Origin: Pristiophorus japonicus
Lineage: Eukaryota
Direction of reading: 5' to 3'
DNA: 64,000 nt
Assembly (NCBI RefSeq): GCF_044704955.1
Contig: NC_091999.1
Span: 50,468,001 to 50,532,000 of the forward strand
Position numbers and translations under genes: made by a program. The stretch's first letter is position 1; each line of letters opens with the position of its first letter. Under the pieces are notes generated by a model. The model searched no databases. It was given only the letters and a program-made list of their open reading frames with translations, and had not been told where the DNA came from. Below are positions 11,851 to 24,214 of the stretch, piece after piece.

Positions 11851-14800
11851 AGAAACATAGAAACCAGAGAAAATAGGTGCAGGAGCAGCCCATTCGGAAC
11901 TTCGAGACTGCACCACCATTCAATATGATCAGGGCTGATAATGCAATTTCAGTACCCCATTACTGCCTTCTCTCCATACCCACTGATCCCTTTAGCCGTA
12001 ATGGCCAAATCTAACTCCCTTTTGAATATATCCAACGAACTGGTCTCAAAAGCTTTCTGTGGTAGAGAATTCCATAGGTTCACGATATTCTGGGTGAAAA
12101 AGCTTCTCCTCATCACGGTCCTATATGGCTTACCCCTTTTCATTAGACTGTGACACCTGGTTCTGGACTTCCCCAACATCGGGAACAAAGTTCGTGCATC
12201 CGACCTGACCAATCTCGTCAGAATTTTATATACTTCGATGACATTCCCTCTCATTCTCCTAAATTCCAGTGAATATAAGCCAATTGATCCAACCTTTCTT
12301 CATATGTCAGTGCTGCCATCCCGGGAATCAGTCCGGTTAACCTTCGCTTCACACCCTCAAAAGCAAGAAAGTCCTTCCTCAGATTAGGAGACAAAACTGC
12401 ACACAATACTCAGGGTGTGGTCTCACCAAGGCCCTGTACAACTGCAGCAAGACCGTCCTGCTCCCATACTCAAATCCTCATGCTATGAAGGCCAACATGC
12501 CATTTGTTTTCTTTACTGTCTGCTGTACATGCCTGCCTATTTTAATGACTGAGGTACCATGATGCCCAGGTTTCGTTGCACCTCCCCTTTTACAAATATT
12601 TCACGATTCAGATAATAATTTGCCTTCCTATGTTTGCCACCAAAGTGGATAAGCTCACACTTCTCCATATTTTACTCAATCTGCCATGCATTTTTCCACT
12701 CACTTATCCGGCGAATTCAACCTGCAGCCTCTTAGTATCCTCCTCACAGCTCACACTGCCACCCAGCTTAGTGTTATCTGCAAAGTTGGAGATATTACCT
12801 TCAATTCCTTCGTCTAAATCATTAATATATATTGTAAATAGTTGGGGTCCCAGCACTGAAACTTGCGGTATCCCACTACCCCTCAAAATTAAACCCTTTG
12901 TCTTTCTCTACTGAATTCTAAACTTCTTCCAGTCCTCAGGTTTGCTACTTTTTCTGGCCAATTTATGTGCCTCTTCCTTGGATTTAACAATATCCACAAT
13001 TCCCCGTGTTAACCACGGCTGAGCCTTCATCCCCGTTTTATTTTAATGCCAGACAGGGATGTACAATTGTTGTAGTTCATCCATGTGATCTTTAAATGTC
13101 TGCCATTGCCTATCTACCATCAACCCTTTAAGTATCATTCGCCACTCTATCCTAGCCAATTCATGTCTCATACCATCGAACTTACCTTTCTTTAAGTTCA
13201 GGACCCTAGACTCTGGATTAACTGTGACATTATCCTTCTTAATGAAGAATTATACCATATTATGGTCACTCTTCCCCTCGCATGACAAGATTGCTAATTA
13301 ATCCTTCCTCATTACACAAGACCCAGTCTAGGATGGACTGCTCTTTAGTTGATTCATCGACATATTGGTATAGAAAACCATCCCAAATACACTCCAGGAA
13401 ATCCTCCTCCACAGTACTGCTACCAGTTTGGTTACCCAGTCCATATGTAGATTTAAGTCATCAATGATAACTGCTGTACCTGTATTGCACGCATCCCTAA
13501 TTTCCTGTTTCTTGCCATCCTAACGCTCACTACTACTGTTTGGTGGTCTGTACATAATTACCGAAAACATTTTCTGACCTTTGGTGTTTCGCAGCTCTAT
13601 CCATATAGATTCCACATCACTCAAGGTAATGTCCTGCCTTACTATTGTGTTAATCTCCTCTTTAATCAGTAACGCTACCCCACCTGCTTTTCCTTTCTGT
13701 CTATCCTTCCTGAATATTGAATACCAATGGATGTTGTGTTCCCAGCCCTGGTTACCCTGGAGCCATGTCTCCGAAATTCCCAATTACATTATATCCGTTA
13801 AAAGCAATCTGCGCTATTAATTCATCCACCTTATTATGAATGCTCCTCGCATTGAGACTCAAAGCCTTCAGGCTTGTTTTTTTAAAACTCTTTGTCCTTT
13901 AGAATTATATTTTAATATGTCGCTTTTTGATTTCTCTGCCCTCCACTCTTACTTTTCTCCTTCCTATCTTTTACTTCTGCCGCCTTTTTACTTCCCTCTG
14001 CCTCCCTAAATAGATCCCCATCCCCCTGCCATATTCGGTTAAACCCTCGTCAACAGCACTAGCAAACACACCACCGAGGACCTCGGTCCCGGTCCTGCCC
14101 AGGTGCAGACCATCCGGTTTGTACTGGTCCCATCTCCCACAGAACCAGTTCCAATGTCCCAGGAATTTGAATACCTCCCCCTTGCCCCAGTCCTCAAGCC
14201 ACGTATTCATTTGAACTATCCTGCTGTTCCAACTCTGAATAGCACGTGGCACTGATTGCAATCCTGAGATTCTACCTTTGAGCCCCGACTTTTAAACTTA
14301 ACTCCTAGCTCCCTAAATTCAGCTTGTAGAATGTCATCCAGTTTTTTACCTGAATTGTTGGTACCTATATGCACCACGATAGTTGGCTGTTCATCCTTCC
14401 CCTCCACAATGCCCTGCACCCGCTCCAAGACACCCTTGACCCTTGCACCAGGGAGGCAACATACCACTCTGGAGTCTCGTTTGCGGCCGCAGAAACGCCT
14501 ATCTCTCCCACTTATAATGGAATCTCCTCTCACTATATACCTTCCACTCTTTTTCCAGTTCACCTGCGCAGCACAGTTACCCCTGCTGCCATGAACTTGG
14601 CTGCTGCTCCCTTTCCCTGATGAGCCACCATCCTCAACAGTATCCAAAACTGTATATCTGCCCTACCTTCCGTCCCCTGCTCTTCCTGATGGTCACCCAT
14701 TCCCTATCTGTCTGTGTCATCTTTACCTGCTGTGTGACCAACTCACTAAACATGCTATCCAAGACATCCTCAGCATCGCGGATGCTCCAGAGTGAATCCA

Positions 14801-15225
14801 TGCACAGCTCCAGTGCCTCAATGTGACCTGACAGGAGCTGTAGCTCGACACACTTCACGCACACATAGTAGCCAGTGTCCCTGACTTCCCACATACCACA
14901 GGAGGAGCAGGACACGGCTCTGGGCTCTCCTGCCATGACTTAACCTTTAGATTAACATAATTTGGCAACAATGCCAAAGGTTTCCTACTGATGAGAAAAG
15001 AAAAAGATAAAGAAAAAATGCTTACCAATCAACCAGCCAAAAACTTACCCGCTTGGCTGTGACATTACCCTTCGATTTCTTTTTACTTCTATTTTGCTTT
15101 TTGATTTTTGACGCTACACCAGCTGTTCCTGCGACTGCTCTTCCTGACGATCTGCCGCAGAACTTTTATCCGCCTCGATCCTCCCATTCCCTCTAGCTCC
15201 TCCAACTGATGCTCCTCCCGATCAG
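11851..15225 (-). mobile_element. near full-length CR1 LINE (5'UTR, ORF1 zinc finger + SGNH esterase, ORF2) with an internal deletion near 12880-12905
   Basis: ORF1 shows CSSCGMWE..CVKC and GDSIISG..VCCLPGARV..VVHIGTN. The endonuclease shows GISETWL..YRPPN and the RT shows GIPQVSVLGP..FADNTK. An (AACATAGA) tail is at 11851. Confidence 0.9.
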
Positions 15226-15227
15226 AG

Positions 15228-15815
15228 AGCAAGGTTTACTCACATAATACATGTTGTACTTATACAATACAAGCTGAAATTACGCAATACAATCTATTCT
15301 CACACAATACAAGGTGTACATACACATTACAAGGTTTACGCACACAACACCAAGGTGTACTCACATAATAAAAGGTGTACACATACAGTAAAAGGGGTGC
15401 TCATACAATGCAAGGAGTACACATACAACAAAAGCTTTACTTTCACAATACAAGATGTACTTACACGATAAAACGTGTGCTCATATCATAAAAGTTATAC
15501 TCACTCGATATAAAATGTAAACTCACACCATAATATCAATACTCACACTATATAAGCTGTATTCATACAACAAAGTCAGTACGCACACAATACAAGGTGT
15601 GCTCACACAATAAAAGCTTTACTTATAAATACATGGTGTACTCCCACAATACAAGATGTAGTCACGCAACACAAGCTGTACTCATGCAACACAAGTTCTA
15701 CTCACACAATATATCGTGACTTCACACAATACAAAGTGTACCCACACAAAACAACATATACGGACAAATGTTAATCTGTACTCACACAACACATTGCATT
15801 CTCACCCGATACAAA
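15228..15815. repeat. 20-bp minisatellite, right part (more diverged)
   Basis: Same cacacaatacaaggtgtact unit as 10838-11850. Confidence 0.85.
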
Positions 15816-16863
15816 GTATCATCATTGGCAGTGCGTCGAAACGAGGATGACTTGCTTCCACGCCAAAAAGAAGGATGAGTTCACAGATGTTTCAATGAAG
15901 AACCTAATATTCCAGGTTCCAAACTACATCCTGACGGGTGGAAGATGCTTGTGCATGAATTTTTTTAACGTGTGGTGGCCGTTACACACCAGCCGCCACA
16001 CGGGCTTGACAGAGCTAGGTCTTATTCCAGTGGCAAGGGTTATCCTAGATGTGCTCTGTTGCACGGACCTAGTGTGCACACATATCACTGTGTGGTCTGG
16101 CCCGCGCTGCCCAATGGCACCGAACTCACGCCTCTGTAAGCTACAAGGCTACGGACTCAGAGCTGGAAAGTGGGATTAGGCTGGATAGCTCTCTATCAGT
16201 CTGCGCAAACACGATGGGCCTAAATGGCCTCCTTCCTTGCTGTAAATTTCTATGGTTATATAATGAGAAATAATTAACAGTTTCGGGGGTCGATAACCAG
16301 GTGTTTAAAGGCCATTCATTTCTCTCTTTCCATATCGCTGTTAGTTAAAGGAACACAGATTGATTTCCCCTCATTATGCATCTTTAGTTGTGAAACAAAA
16401 ATCCTTCCTGTTAATAGAGAACCACATTCTGCACTGGGGGAGACGGCGGGTAGCTTCAGCCTGTAAAATTCTCCTCCTCTTGTTCAAATCCCGCCAACAC
16501 CTCGCCACTCCCTATCTCTGTAACCTCCTCCAGCCCACCAACCCTCTTAATGAAGGAAAACATTTTCAGTGTCAGACGGCTCGGTAGCCGGAGGACACCG
16601 ATTTAACATGATTGGCAAATGAACCAGATGCCACAAGAGCGAAAAACATTCAGTAGCGAAATGTTATGGCCTGGAACGCACTGCCTGTAAGGGTGGTGGA
16701 GGCAGATTCACTCTTTACGTGCAAAAGAGATAAATATTTGAGTTGCAAAGATTTGCAGGGTTATGAGGCAGAGCAGTGGAGTCGACTAATTATACAGCTT
16801 AGGATAAGCAAGAGAGTAAAGAATGTTCCAGAGAAACTAGAACTGTCTGTAGAGAATTTATAT

Positions 16864-17160
16864 CTTGGGCAGGCAGCTCAGTCGGTTGGAATGCACATCC
16901 TGGGCAGGCAGCTCAGTCCCATGGAATGCACATCCTGGGCAGGCAGCTCAGTCCCATGGAATGTACATCCTGGGCAGGGAAGCTCAATCCCACGGAATGC
17001 ACATCCTGGGCAGGCAGCTCAGTCCCATGGAATGCACATCCTGGGCAGGCAGCTCAGTCCCATGGAATGTACATCCTGGGCAGGCAGCACAGTCCCATGG
17101 AATGTACATCCTGGTCAGGCAGCACAGTCACATGGAATACACATACTGGGCCATGTGGGA
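16864..17160. repeat. 35-bp minisatellite (CCTGGGCAGGCAGCTCAGTCCCATGGAATGCACAT), ~8.5 copies
   Basis: Unit starts are at 16864, 16899, 16934, 16969 and onward. Confidence 0.9.
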
Positions 17161-17169
17161 ACATCTGGA

Positions 17170-19555
17170 TGACCACGTTGCGGGAAGTGTCGCCAGCTCC
17201 CTAATTGCCTGTTTGATGCCCTCCCCAACATCACTACTACTGTCTGGATGTCGGTACACAACTGCCACTAACGTGTATTGCCCTTTGGTGTTCTGCAGCT
17301 CTACCCATATAGATTCCTTATCATAGGGGTGCATTTTGAGCACCGGGTTTCGGAGCTTGAGCAGTTGCTAGCGTCAATGCAGTCTATCCGCGGGGCTGAG
17401 AGCTTCGAGAATAACGTATTTCAGGAGGTAGTCACCCAGCAGCTTAAAATTGTGCAGGCATAGAGGGAATGGAAGATCGTCAGACAGACAAGGAGGAACT
17501 GGCATGTAGGACAGGAATCGCCTGACTCATTAACCGCTTTTCAGTTCTGGTTAATGAGGAGCATGATGGTTGCTCTGGGGAGTGAAGCCAGTGCCAAGTC
17601 CATGGAACCATGGGTGGCTCAGCTGTACAGAAGGGAAGGAAGAAGAGTGGAAGAGCAATAGTGGTAGGTCATTTGATACATGGGGAATAGACAGACATAG
17701 AAACATAGAAAATAGGTGCAGGACTAGGCCATTTGGCCCTTCTAGCCTGTACCGCCATTCAATGAGTTCATGGCTGAACATGCAACTTCAGTACCCCATT
17801 CCTGCTTTCTCGCCATACCCCTTGATCCCCCTAGTAATAAGGACGTTTGGAGGCTGCAGACGTGACTGCAGGATAGTTATTGCCTGCCTGGTTCCAGGGT
17901 CAAGGTTTGTCACTGATAGGGTGCAGGACATTGTGAGGGAACGGGGGGGAGGGGGGTGAATAGCAGAAGTCGTGGTCTATATTGTCAGCAATGAGAAGAA
18001 TGACGTCCTTCAGGCAGTTTTAAGGGAGCTGGAAAGGAGACTAAAAAACAGGATATCAAATGTAGTAATCTCCAGATTACTCCCAGTACCACGTGCTAGT
18101 GAGTACAGAAATAGGAGGATCGAGCAGGTGAATATGTGGCTTGAGACGATGCAGGAGGGAAGACTTTAAATTTCTGTGGTATTGCGACTGTTTCTGGGGG
18201 CGGTGGGAACTGGACAAGCCAGTCGGGTTGCACCTGAACAAAGCTGGGACATAGATCCTCTACAAGCTGGGAGAGCCTCAGCTCGTTGGTGGGACAATTT
18301 TTGGATAAAATGCTGAGGGATAGGATAAATCTTCATTTGGGAAGACACGGATTAATCAAGGACAGTCAGCATGGATTTGTTAAGGGAAAGCCGGGTCTGT
18401 CTACCGATTGACTCTCCTATATAGCCCCTCAAAAAATGTAATGAGGGCAGTGCATTTGAATATGTGTATATGAATTCTAGCAGCGATTTTGATAAAGTCC
18501 CACAAGGCAGACTGGTCACAAAAGTATAAGCAATTGGGATACGAGGCAAAGTGGCAAGTTGGATCCAAAATTGGCTCAGAGTCAGGAAGCAAAGGTTAAT
18601 GGTTGATGGGTGTTTTTGAGACTGGAAGGCTGTCTCCAGTGGGGAATCCATAGGGCTCACTACTAGGTCCCTTTTTTATCAATAATTTGGACTTCAATCT
18701 ATAGGGTATGATTAGGAAGTATGCAGATGACACACAAATTGCCGTTGTGTTTGATAATGAAGAAGAAAGTTATAGACTGCAGGAAGATGTCAATGGACTG
18801 ATCAGGTGGGCAGAATAGTAGCAAGTGGACTTCAATCCGCGGAAGTGTGAGGTCTTGCATTTGGGTGGGCTAACAAGGCAAGGGAATACACAATGAATCG
18901 TAGGATACTGAGAAGTGTAAATGAATAAAGAGACCTAGGAGTGCATATCCACAGACCCATGAAGGTTTCAGGACAGGTAGACATTATAAATACATTAAGA
19001 GGATAACTAGAGAAAGAATGGGGCCTATTAGAGACCACAAAGGAAATCTGTGTGTGGAAGCAGAAGATGTGAATATAATTCTTAATAAATACCCTGCATT
19101 TGTTTTCACAAAAGAGAGGGGCGATGCAGATTTTGCAATGAGGGATGAGTGTGAAATATTGGACGAGGTAAACATAGTTGGAGAAGAAGTATTAAGGGAC
19201 TTAGCAGCTTTGAAAGTGGATAAATCCCCAGGCCCAGATGAAATGTATTTCAGGCTGTTAAGCGAAGCAAAAGAGGAAATAGCAGAGGCTCTGACCATCA
19301 TTTTCCAATCCACACTGGCTACAGGTGTGGTGCCAGAGGACTGAAGGACCTCTGATGTTTAACCTTTGTTTAAAAAGGGAGACAAGGATAGATCGATTTA
19401 TTAAAGGCCAGTCAGCCTAACCTCAGTGGTGGGATTTTTTTTTGGAAAAATCCTGAATGACAGGATAAATCTTTATTTGGAAAGACATGGATTAATCAGG
19501 AACAGTCCGCACGGATTTGTTCAGGGAAGGTCATATCTGACTAACTTGATTGAAT
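17170..19555 (+). mobile_element. scrambled CR1 mosaic: mostly + strand ORF1/ORF2 pieces, with short - strand pieces at ~17170-17325 and ~17695-17840
   Basis: It contains ORF1-like EHRVSELEQLL and SRLLPVPRASEYRNRRI, and ORF2 DKSPGPDEM and HGFVQGRS. The HGF region occurs twice (~18300-18410 and ~19445-19555). Confidence 0.75.
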
Positions 19556-20812
19556 CTGTCCCCTCTTCCAGGTCATCTATGCATATTGTAAACAATTGTG
19601 GTCCCAGCACCGATCCCTGTGGCACACCACTAACCACCGGTTTCCAACCCGAAAAGGACCCATTTATCCCGACTCTCTGCTTTATGTTAGCCAGCCAATT
19701 CTCAATCCATGCTAATACATTTCCTCTGACTCCACTTACCTTTATCTTCTGCAGTAACCTTTTGTGTGGCACCTTATCGAATGCCTTTTGGAAATCTAAA
19801 TGCACCACATTCTTCGGTATTCACCATGCTCATTATATCCTCAAAGAATTCTAGTAAATTAGTTAAACTTGATTTCCCCTTCATGAATCCATGTTGCGTC
19901 TGCTTTATTGCACTATTCCTATCTAGATGTCCCGCTATTCCTTCCTTAATGAGAGCTTCAAGCATTTTCCCCACTACAGATGTTAAACTAACCGGCGTAT
20001 AGTTACTTGCCTTTTGTCTGCCCCCTTTGTTAAACAGAGGCGTTACATTAGCTGCTTTCCAATCCGCTGGACCTCCCCAGAGTCCAGAGAATTTTGATAG
20101 ATTATAACGAATGCATCTGCTATAACTTCTGCCATCTCTTTTAATACCCTGGGATGCATTTCATCAGGACCAGGGGACCTGTCTACCTTGAGTCCCATTA
20201 GCCTATCCAGCACTACCCCCGTTGTGATAGTGATTATCTCAAGGTCCTCCCTTCTCACATTCCCGTGACCAGCAATTTCTGCAATGGTTTTTGTGTCTTC
20301 CATTGTGAAGACCGAAGCAAAATAATTGTTTAGGGTCTCAGCCATTTCCACATTTCCCAGTATTAAATCCCCCTTCTCATCTTCTGAGGGACCAACATTT
20401 ACTTTAGTCACTCTTTTCCGTTTTATATATCGGTAAAAGCTTTTACTATCTGTTTTTATGTGTTGCGCAAATTTACTTTTGTAATCTATCTTTCCATTCT
20501 TTATTGTTCTCTTAATCATTCTTTGCTGTCGATTAAAATTTTCCCAATCTTCTAGTTTCCCACTAACATTGGCCACCTTATACGCATTGGTTTTTAATTT
20601 GATACTCTCCTTTATTTCCTTGGTTATCCACGGCTGGTTATCCCTTCTCTAACCGCCCTTCTTTTTCACTGGAATATATTTTTGTTGAGCACTATGAAAT
20701 AGCTCCTTAAACGTCCTCCACTGTTCCTCAATTGTGCCACCGTTTAGTCTGCGTTTCCAGTCTACTTTAGACAACTCTGCCATCATCCCACTGTAGTCCC
20801 CTTTGTTTAAGC
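19556..20812 (-). mobile_element. CR1 ORF2 fragment, same subfamily as the Tx1-interrupted CR1 at 63563-64000
   Basis: Translation gives RSPGPDEMHPRVLKE...[12 protein letters not shown]...[10 protein letters not shown]. Positions 19556-19735 closely match 63818-64000. Confidence 0.9.
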
Positions 20813-21294
20813 GACTGTAATATAAATAGAGACAGGGTCTCGTGTAATGTAAACAGAGACAGGGTCTAGTGCAATGTAAGTAGGGACAGGGTCTAGTGTA
20901 ATCTCAGCAGAGACAGGGTCTAGTGCAGTAATACATTTTAAATCTCTGGCTTGTGGTTACTGTCCGTCCTACCAGTGGTAAAGTTTTCTAACTATTTACT
21001 TGATTAAAACTCCTCATAATTTTGATCGCCACTATTAAATCTGCCTTAACATTCTCGGATATAAGGAGCACCGTCCCAGTTTCCAGCTGTTCTACTGATG
21101 CACCTCATGAACATCCAGATGAGGATTCGCTAAGATTTGATCCCATTTTACAACAGTGCCAGAATATCATCCCAGGCAAGATAAGAGCATTATCCCCAGG
21201 AATTAAACCGATTGTGTAAGACTCGTCTCAGGCAATGAACTTTGGACACTCTGAACTAAATGACAACATCTAAAAAATTAAGCTGTGACGTGCT

Positions 21295-21740
21295 AAAGCC
21301 CCGGTACAATGGGATCACTCTCACCTCTGAGTGAGAAGGCTGTGGGTTCTCAACCCCTCTTCACAGACTGAGCACATAATCTCGGCTGGCACTCCCGGTA
21401 CCAGTACCGAAGGAGAAGGGGAGGGGGGGCTATATTGACGGTGGAGCAGTCTTTCGGATGAGACGTTACATCTGCTGAGTCTTCACTCACAGTTGGATGT
21501 AAGAGATTGAGTGGCACAATTTTAAATAGCAGGGGAGTTCACCCCGAAGTCCATTACACATACTTATCCATTAACCAGCATCGCTAAAGAACAGATTCTG
21601 TGGTTATTATCACATTATGTTTGTGGGAGCTTTCTGTGTGCAATTTGACTCCACGTTTCCTGCATTACAAAAGTGACTACACTTCAAACGTACTTCATTA
21701 TAAAGCACTTTTGGACATTCTGAGGACGTGAAAGACGTGA
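21295..21740 (+). mobile_element. tRNA-headed SINE with a Deu-like core (shark SacSINE1-like)
   Basis: A B-box-like head (gggttctcaacccc) precedes the core tttgtgggagctttctgtgtgcaattt...gtgactacacttcaaacgtacttcatt. Confidence 0.6.
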
Positions 21741-22587
21741 AAGTTATTTCTAAACGTCAACATTTAAAATACACGTTGCAATGGGTGACTCCTCTGTTCG
21801 CTGTTTTAACTTGTTTATTTTAAGTGGCTGGAATCTTACGCTAAATGGACATCCAGTGAATTACTGATCTGTTCAGCGAGGTTCCATTGACATTGGTAGC
21901 AGAATTTTCAGAATTGAATTATTAATTTTAATATGTTCCCTTTGATATAAATCACATCTCTTCTAATTGAACAAACCAAAAACCGATGTCACAGCTGGAG
22001 ATATTTCCATTTCTTTGTACCAACTACCAATATTCATAAAATAAACCCGTGCTGTGAGTTAAAACTAATCAGTAAATGACTTTGTGGATCTGCTTTTGCT
22101 GCCATGAACACTTCATGGAAACCTGTGAGGTGTTTATGTAAATAAACGCAGAAATAGAAGTCCCAGATTAGAATAGTGAACGACAGAATAGAAATAAACA
22201 GAGAAAGAAACGCTAATGTCTCAACGGATTCCAGCAACAATTGATGTTTGGGATATTTATTTTCAGTTATTGGTGAACAAATCAACGATGTTATCCGCGG
22301 CCAGAATAGGGAAAGATTCTAGTCACCGTACATAGTCACAGCTCAAATGTATTCGTGGCATTTCTCTGTATCCCCTCCCTCTCTGCCTCTCTCTACTATC
22401 CCCACCTTTTGCCTTGCCTCTAAAGAATGCGTCATTATTTTTACTTCACAATAAGAAGTCAATGTCAAACAAAAATATTCTCTAAGGTCTATTTCCAGGC
22501 CTCAAACCAAATTGGTGGGTGTGCGGAGAGGCAGCTTTATAATAAAATATATCATGTGAACTCAATGATCTTGGGTGTTTGATGTGA

Positions 22588-22925
22588 CTCTGTAGCGGGA
22601 ACTTTACTCTGCATCTAACTACGTGCTGTACCTGCCCTGCGAGTGTTTAATGGGACGGTTTCGAGGGAGCTTTTCTCTGCATAGACCAGTGATGTACCTG
22701 CTCTGGAAGAGTTTGATGGGACGGTGTAGAGGGGGCTTTACTCTATAGCTTACCCGTGCTGTACCTGCCCTGGGGGCGTTTGATATGACGGTGTAGAGGG
22801 AGCTTTATTGTTTTTCGAATCGTGCTGTACCTGAGCTGGGAGTGTTTGATGGGACAGCATCGAGGGAGCTTTTCTTTGCATAGACCCGCGCTGTCCCTGC
22901 CCTGGGAATGTTTGATGGCACAGTG
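22588..22925. repeat. ~65-bp tandem repeat (GGGAGCTTTACTCTGTATCTAACCCGTGCTGTACCTGCCCTGGGAGTGTTTGATGGGACAGTGTAGA-like), ~5 copies
   Basis: gtgctgtacctgccctg...gtttgatgggac recurs. A decayed array of the same unit lies at ~35715-36240. Confidence 0.8.
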
Positions 22926-23159
22926 TGACATCACTATCGCAGAAAATTGTTTTTGTCAGTGCAACTTCCTGTATATTGCATTTCGTGTTTACCTCTTTGA
23001 CATCATCACGTCAGCAACACGTAAACAATGGGTGACCTCATTGTTTACAACAAAGCAGCGTCATGAACGTGATTTGGTCGCCATAGCTTCATCGGTGCGA
23101 CGTCTGACCCTCAGCCAAATGGATTGCTCGATTTGACCTATATAGACACATCTATACCC

Positions 23160-24060
23160 CAGGGTCTAGTGCAGTAATAACCGAGACATGTCCAAGTATA
23201 ACATAGACAGAGAGAGGATATAGTGTAATATCTACAATGACAGGGACCAGTGTAAAATATAAACACACAGCGTCTAGTGTAATATAAACAGAGACAGGGC
23301 CTAGTGTAATATAAAGAGAGACAGTGTCTAGTGTAATATAGAAAATAAAGGGGCTAGTGTAATATAAACAGAGACGATATCTAGTGTAATATAAAAAGTG
23401 CAGGGTCTAGTGTAATATAAACAGAGACAGTGTCTAGTGTAATGTAAAAAATACAGAGTCTAGTATAATATAAACAGAGACAGGGCCTAGTGTAATATAA
23501 ATAGAGACAGGGTCGAGTGTAATATAAATAGAGACAGCGTCTAGTGTAATATAACCAGAGACAGGACCAATCTATTATAAAGAGACAGGGGATAGTATAA
23601 TATAAATAGTGACAGGGTCCAACATAATATAACAAAGGATAACGTGCTCTAATACTAACTAATACATGAGATATTGTAGTAGAAACATTGACATTTTCGA
23701 GTGCAATATAAACTGAGACATATCGAGTGCAATATAAAGAGAGACATGAACTAGTGAAATATTGACAGAAACATGGTGTACGGTCATATAAACAGAGACA
23801 GCGTCTAGTTCAGTAGTAACTGAGAATGGGTCTAATGTATTATAACGGAGGGTCCAGTACTGTGATAACTGATACAGAGCCGAGCATAATATAAGCAGAG
23901 ACACGGTCTAGTGCAGTGTAACTGAGACAGTATCCACAGTAATAAAATTGATCCCGAGACTTGTGCAGTAATAACTGAGACAGGGCCTTGTGCAATCCGA
24001 AAAGAGAGATGATCGAGTGTAGTTATAATTAAACAGGGTCCAGAGTAATTTAAACATATA
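23160..24060 (-). repeat. 27-bp satellite in reverse orientation (AGGGTCTAGTGTAATATAAACAGAGAC)n
   Basis: It is the reverse complement of the unit at 24215-26830. A short piece in the same orientation is at 20813-20932. Confidence 0.85.
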
Positions 24061-24214
24061 GAATGCCTGGAATAATTTGATGGTAACATTCCAGCCATGC
24101 GAATCTTCATGTCTGTCTGACTGTCTATCTGTCTGTCGTTCGGTCGGTCGGTCCATTCGTCTGTCCGTCCATCCGTCGATTCGTACTTCTATCCATCTAT
24201 CTGTACTTCTATCT

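Noticed and set aside
11053-11928. Tyr/Thr/His/Cys-rich ORFs
   Set aside because: They are translations of the 20-bp minisatellite.
16864-17160. 35-bp repeats as a CRISPR array or coding repeat
   Set aside because: The units are contiguous with no unique spacers, the context is eukaryotic, and the unit length is not a multiple of 3.
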